Assembly (NCBI RefSeq): GCF_964188315.1
Contig: NC_135664.1
Location: 27,528,001 to 27,592,000 of the forward strand
Length of the DNA: 64,000 nucleotides
Reading direction: 5' to 3'
DNA from: Podarcis muralis
Lineage: Eukaryota
This document shows positions 62,065-64,000 of the stretch, one piece after another. Under the pieces are notes generated by a model, which saw nothing but the letters and a program-made list of their open reading frames with translations, ran no database searches and had not been told where the DNA came from. Position numbers and translations under genes: made by a program. How positions within the stretch are numbered: position 1 is the first letter of the stretch; each line of letters begins with the position of its first letter.

Positions 62065-62164
62065 AACAAAAAACAAACAAAAAAATTCCTTCCAGTAGCA
62101 CCTTAGAGACCAACTAAGTTTGTTATTGGTATGAGCTTTCATGTGCATGCACACTTCTTCAGAT
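62065..62164 (-). mobile_element. Penelope-like element terminal fragment with a minimal hammerhead core
   Basis: Minus strand reads CTGAAGA A GTGTGC AT GCACAT GAAA GC T C ATACCAATAACAAACTTAGTTGGTCTCTAAGGTGCTACTGG followed by a T-rich tail. Confidence 0.78.
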
Positions 62165-64000
62165 GGTATCTTGTCTGTTTCAATAACCCTATATATTTGA
62201 GCAGGTTAACCTGTTAAGAGACAGACCTGTTAGGGAAACAGCTGTCTTACAATACCACCAAGCCTGTCCCCTTCTAGTACTTCCTGTGAGGATTAGCAAG
62301 AATGCTTTCACAGACATGTGAGGGCAAGGGCAAGAGGGAGGGGGGTAGAGAGAGAAAAACCTCTGGAAGAAGAATGTAACCAAATCCTGGTTCATCATCC
62401 TGCTAAAGTAGATTAACATTTGTCATGCAGACAAAGAGTGGAGTCATTTCAGTGAGTTCTGCTCCAAAACTGTAGCAAATAATTTCATAAACATTACGGA
62501 ATGGTACTTCTTAATGAACAGAACCATTATCCAACGGCCCTTCAGAATGCAGTAATATATAGGAAAGAGTGTTCCTTGATCTCCTGCTGGCTGATTTTTT
62601 TAAAAATATGGTTTCCTTCTATTGAATATGGTGAACATAGTGTAAACATGTGCAAATAATAACAGAGACCTCCAGAAGATCAAAAGATGTCTTTCAAAGA
62701 AGGCATGTGTGCACATTCAAATCCCTTACCTCAAATTACAGGTTTTTCAACAGACATTTCCTTAGAAGTCAGAAGTAAGGAATTTATATTAATTCCCATG
62801 AATCGAAAAAAGGCAACTTGGATTTTTAAAAAGAAGCAGTTACTTATTTGACATTTGAAAACAAAACTATTGTTATTTCACTTGTTTTGAAAAACGGCAG
62901 TTTATGAAAGTAAATGCAAGGCACTGATCAACATTTAAAATATATTTTATCAATAGAAAGGGATCACATTGTACGTCTATAGGTTTCCCATGCTAAGAGT
63001 TCTGGTCAAGTGAAGAAAAAGTCATTTTGTTCTCAATGATTGCTCCTTTTTTGTATCAAAACATTCTGGGGTAAAATTATCACAATCCGCAAGAACAGAT
63101 GTTGAGAACGATAAACCCAGGATATAATTTGCATAGAATGGTATGTGTTGTAGCCTATTGAAAGAGATTTTAATCACAAATGTATTTTGGGGAAATGTAG
63201 AATAGAATTTTAAAATGTTATAAAGAATAATCCCTTTCACAAGTGGTTATTTGGGGAAAAACAGTAGCCCTATGATCCATTACTTCTTTGATTTTGGAAA
63301 ATGTAAACAGTTCTCATGGGGCTTTCAAACTGGCGTGTAATTCCCCATGTCTTAATTTTGCTTTTCATGTTGTATTTAATATAAATTGTGCTTTGGGCTC
63401 TGTTCCTCACATCCCCATCCCTTCCAGAGAAGCTCACACAAGAACAGGGTGCTTAGAGAGCGCTGAACTGCCTGCCTCTAAAGTTGACATAATCACATTG
63501 TTGTCGGGAGGATAATTGCCAGGGAAACATATCATTTAAAATGGCCTCTGGGTTAAGGCAGTCTAGAGAAAGCTATGCGATGCTTCGCAGCAGATGTGTG
63601 CCTTACAAATGGCATATTGCTAGCTCTCCTGCTTCGGCCTTCCTACATGAGCCTCATTTCCACATTCCCTAAGAGCACAAGGCTCGTGGCAACTGCTTCT
63701 CAAATTACACATGGATACCATAGGACTCCCTGCCATAAGCCAGATCTGTAACCAAAATTGGAATAAACAACTCATGACTCATGGAGGACCCCTGTGCCTC
63801 GAATACTTTAGTGGCCCGGAAATGTCTAAGAGGTCTCATTTCTTGTGTTGCAATGGCAACCGAAGCTACATCTGTTGACCTCTTCTTGTGATGCAGCAAG
63901 GAGCTATTATGAAAGGCACAGGGGCACAGAAGCATTTACCGTGCAGGATTCTGGCTTAAGAGGCATGATGCAGAAACCGAAACTAAAAGAGGTCTGGTAC

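Noticed and set aside
63705-63935. ORF ending YGIHV, reminiscent of a sialyltransferase motif
   Set aside because: The match is five residues followed by a stop codon, with no splice context or other similarity.

Overview
This is eukaryotic, non-coding, transposon-rich DNA from a squamate reptile. A lacertid lizard is most likely; this is inferred from the co-occurrence of Sauria/Squam1 SINEs, CTT-tailed Squam3-type SINEs and Bov-B, CR1, L1 and RTE LINE ends. I found no host protein-coding exon that I can recognise. The only protein-like ORFs in the track are C-terminal fragments of LINE ORF2 proteins, and the rest look like chance, repeat or microsatellite ORFs. The window is probably a long intron or intergenic DNA, and it contains one 133-N assembly gap. 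It holds about 10 tRNA-derived SINEs, 5'-truncated LINE ends, many hAT (8-bp TSD) and Tc1/mariner (TA TSD) MITEs and two solo LTRs. It also holds a 3'-truncated tailless U6 retropseudogene and two Penelope-like terminal fragments carrying decayed minimal hammerhead-ribozyme cores. The most notable observations are those hammerhead motifs, the tailless U6 copy with a 14-bp TSD, a CpG-rich solo LTR inside a Bov-B, a nested insertion stack at 10.7-12.2 kb, a 42-bp TSD around an RTE fragment and a Bov-B piece inside a hAT element. I found no evidence for a new multi-gene system. Repeat family names come from my recall of consensus sequences, not from a database search.
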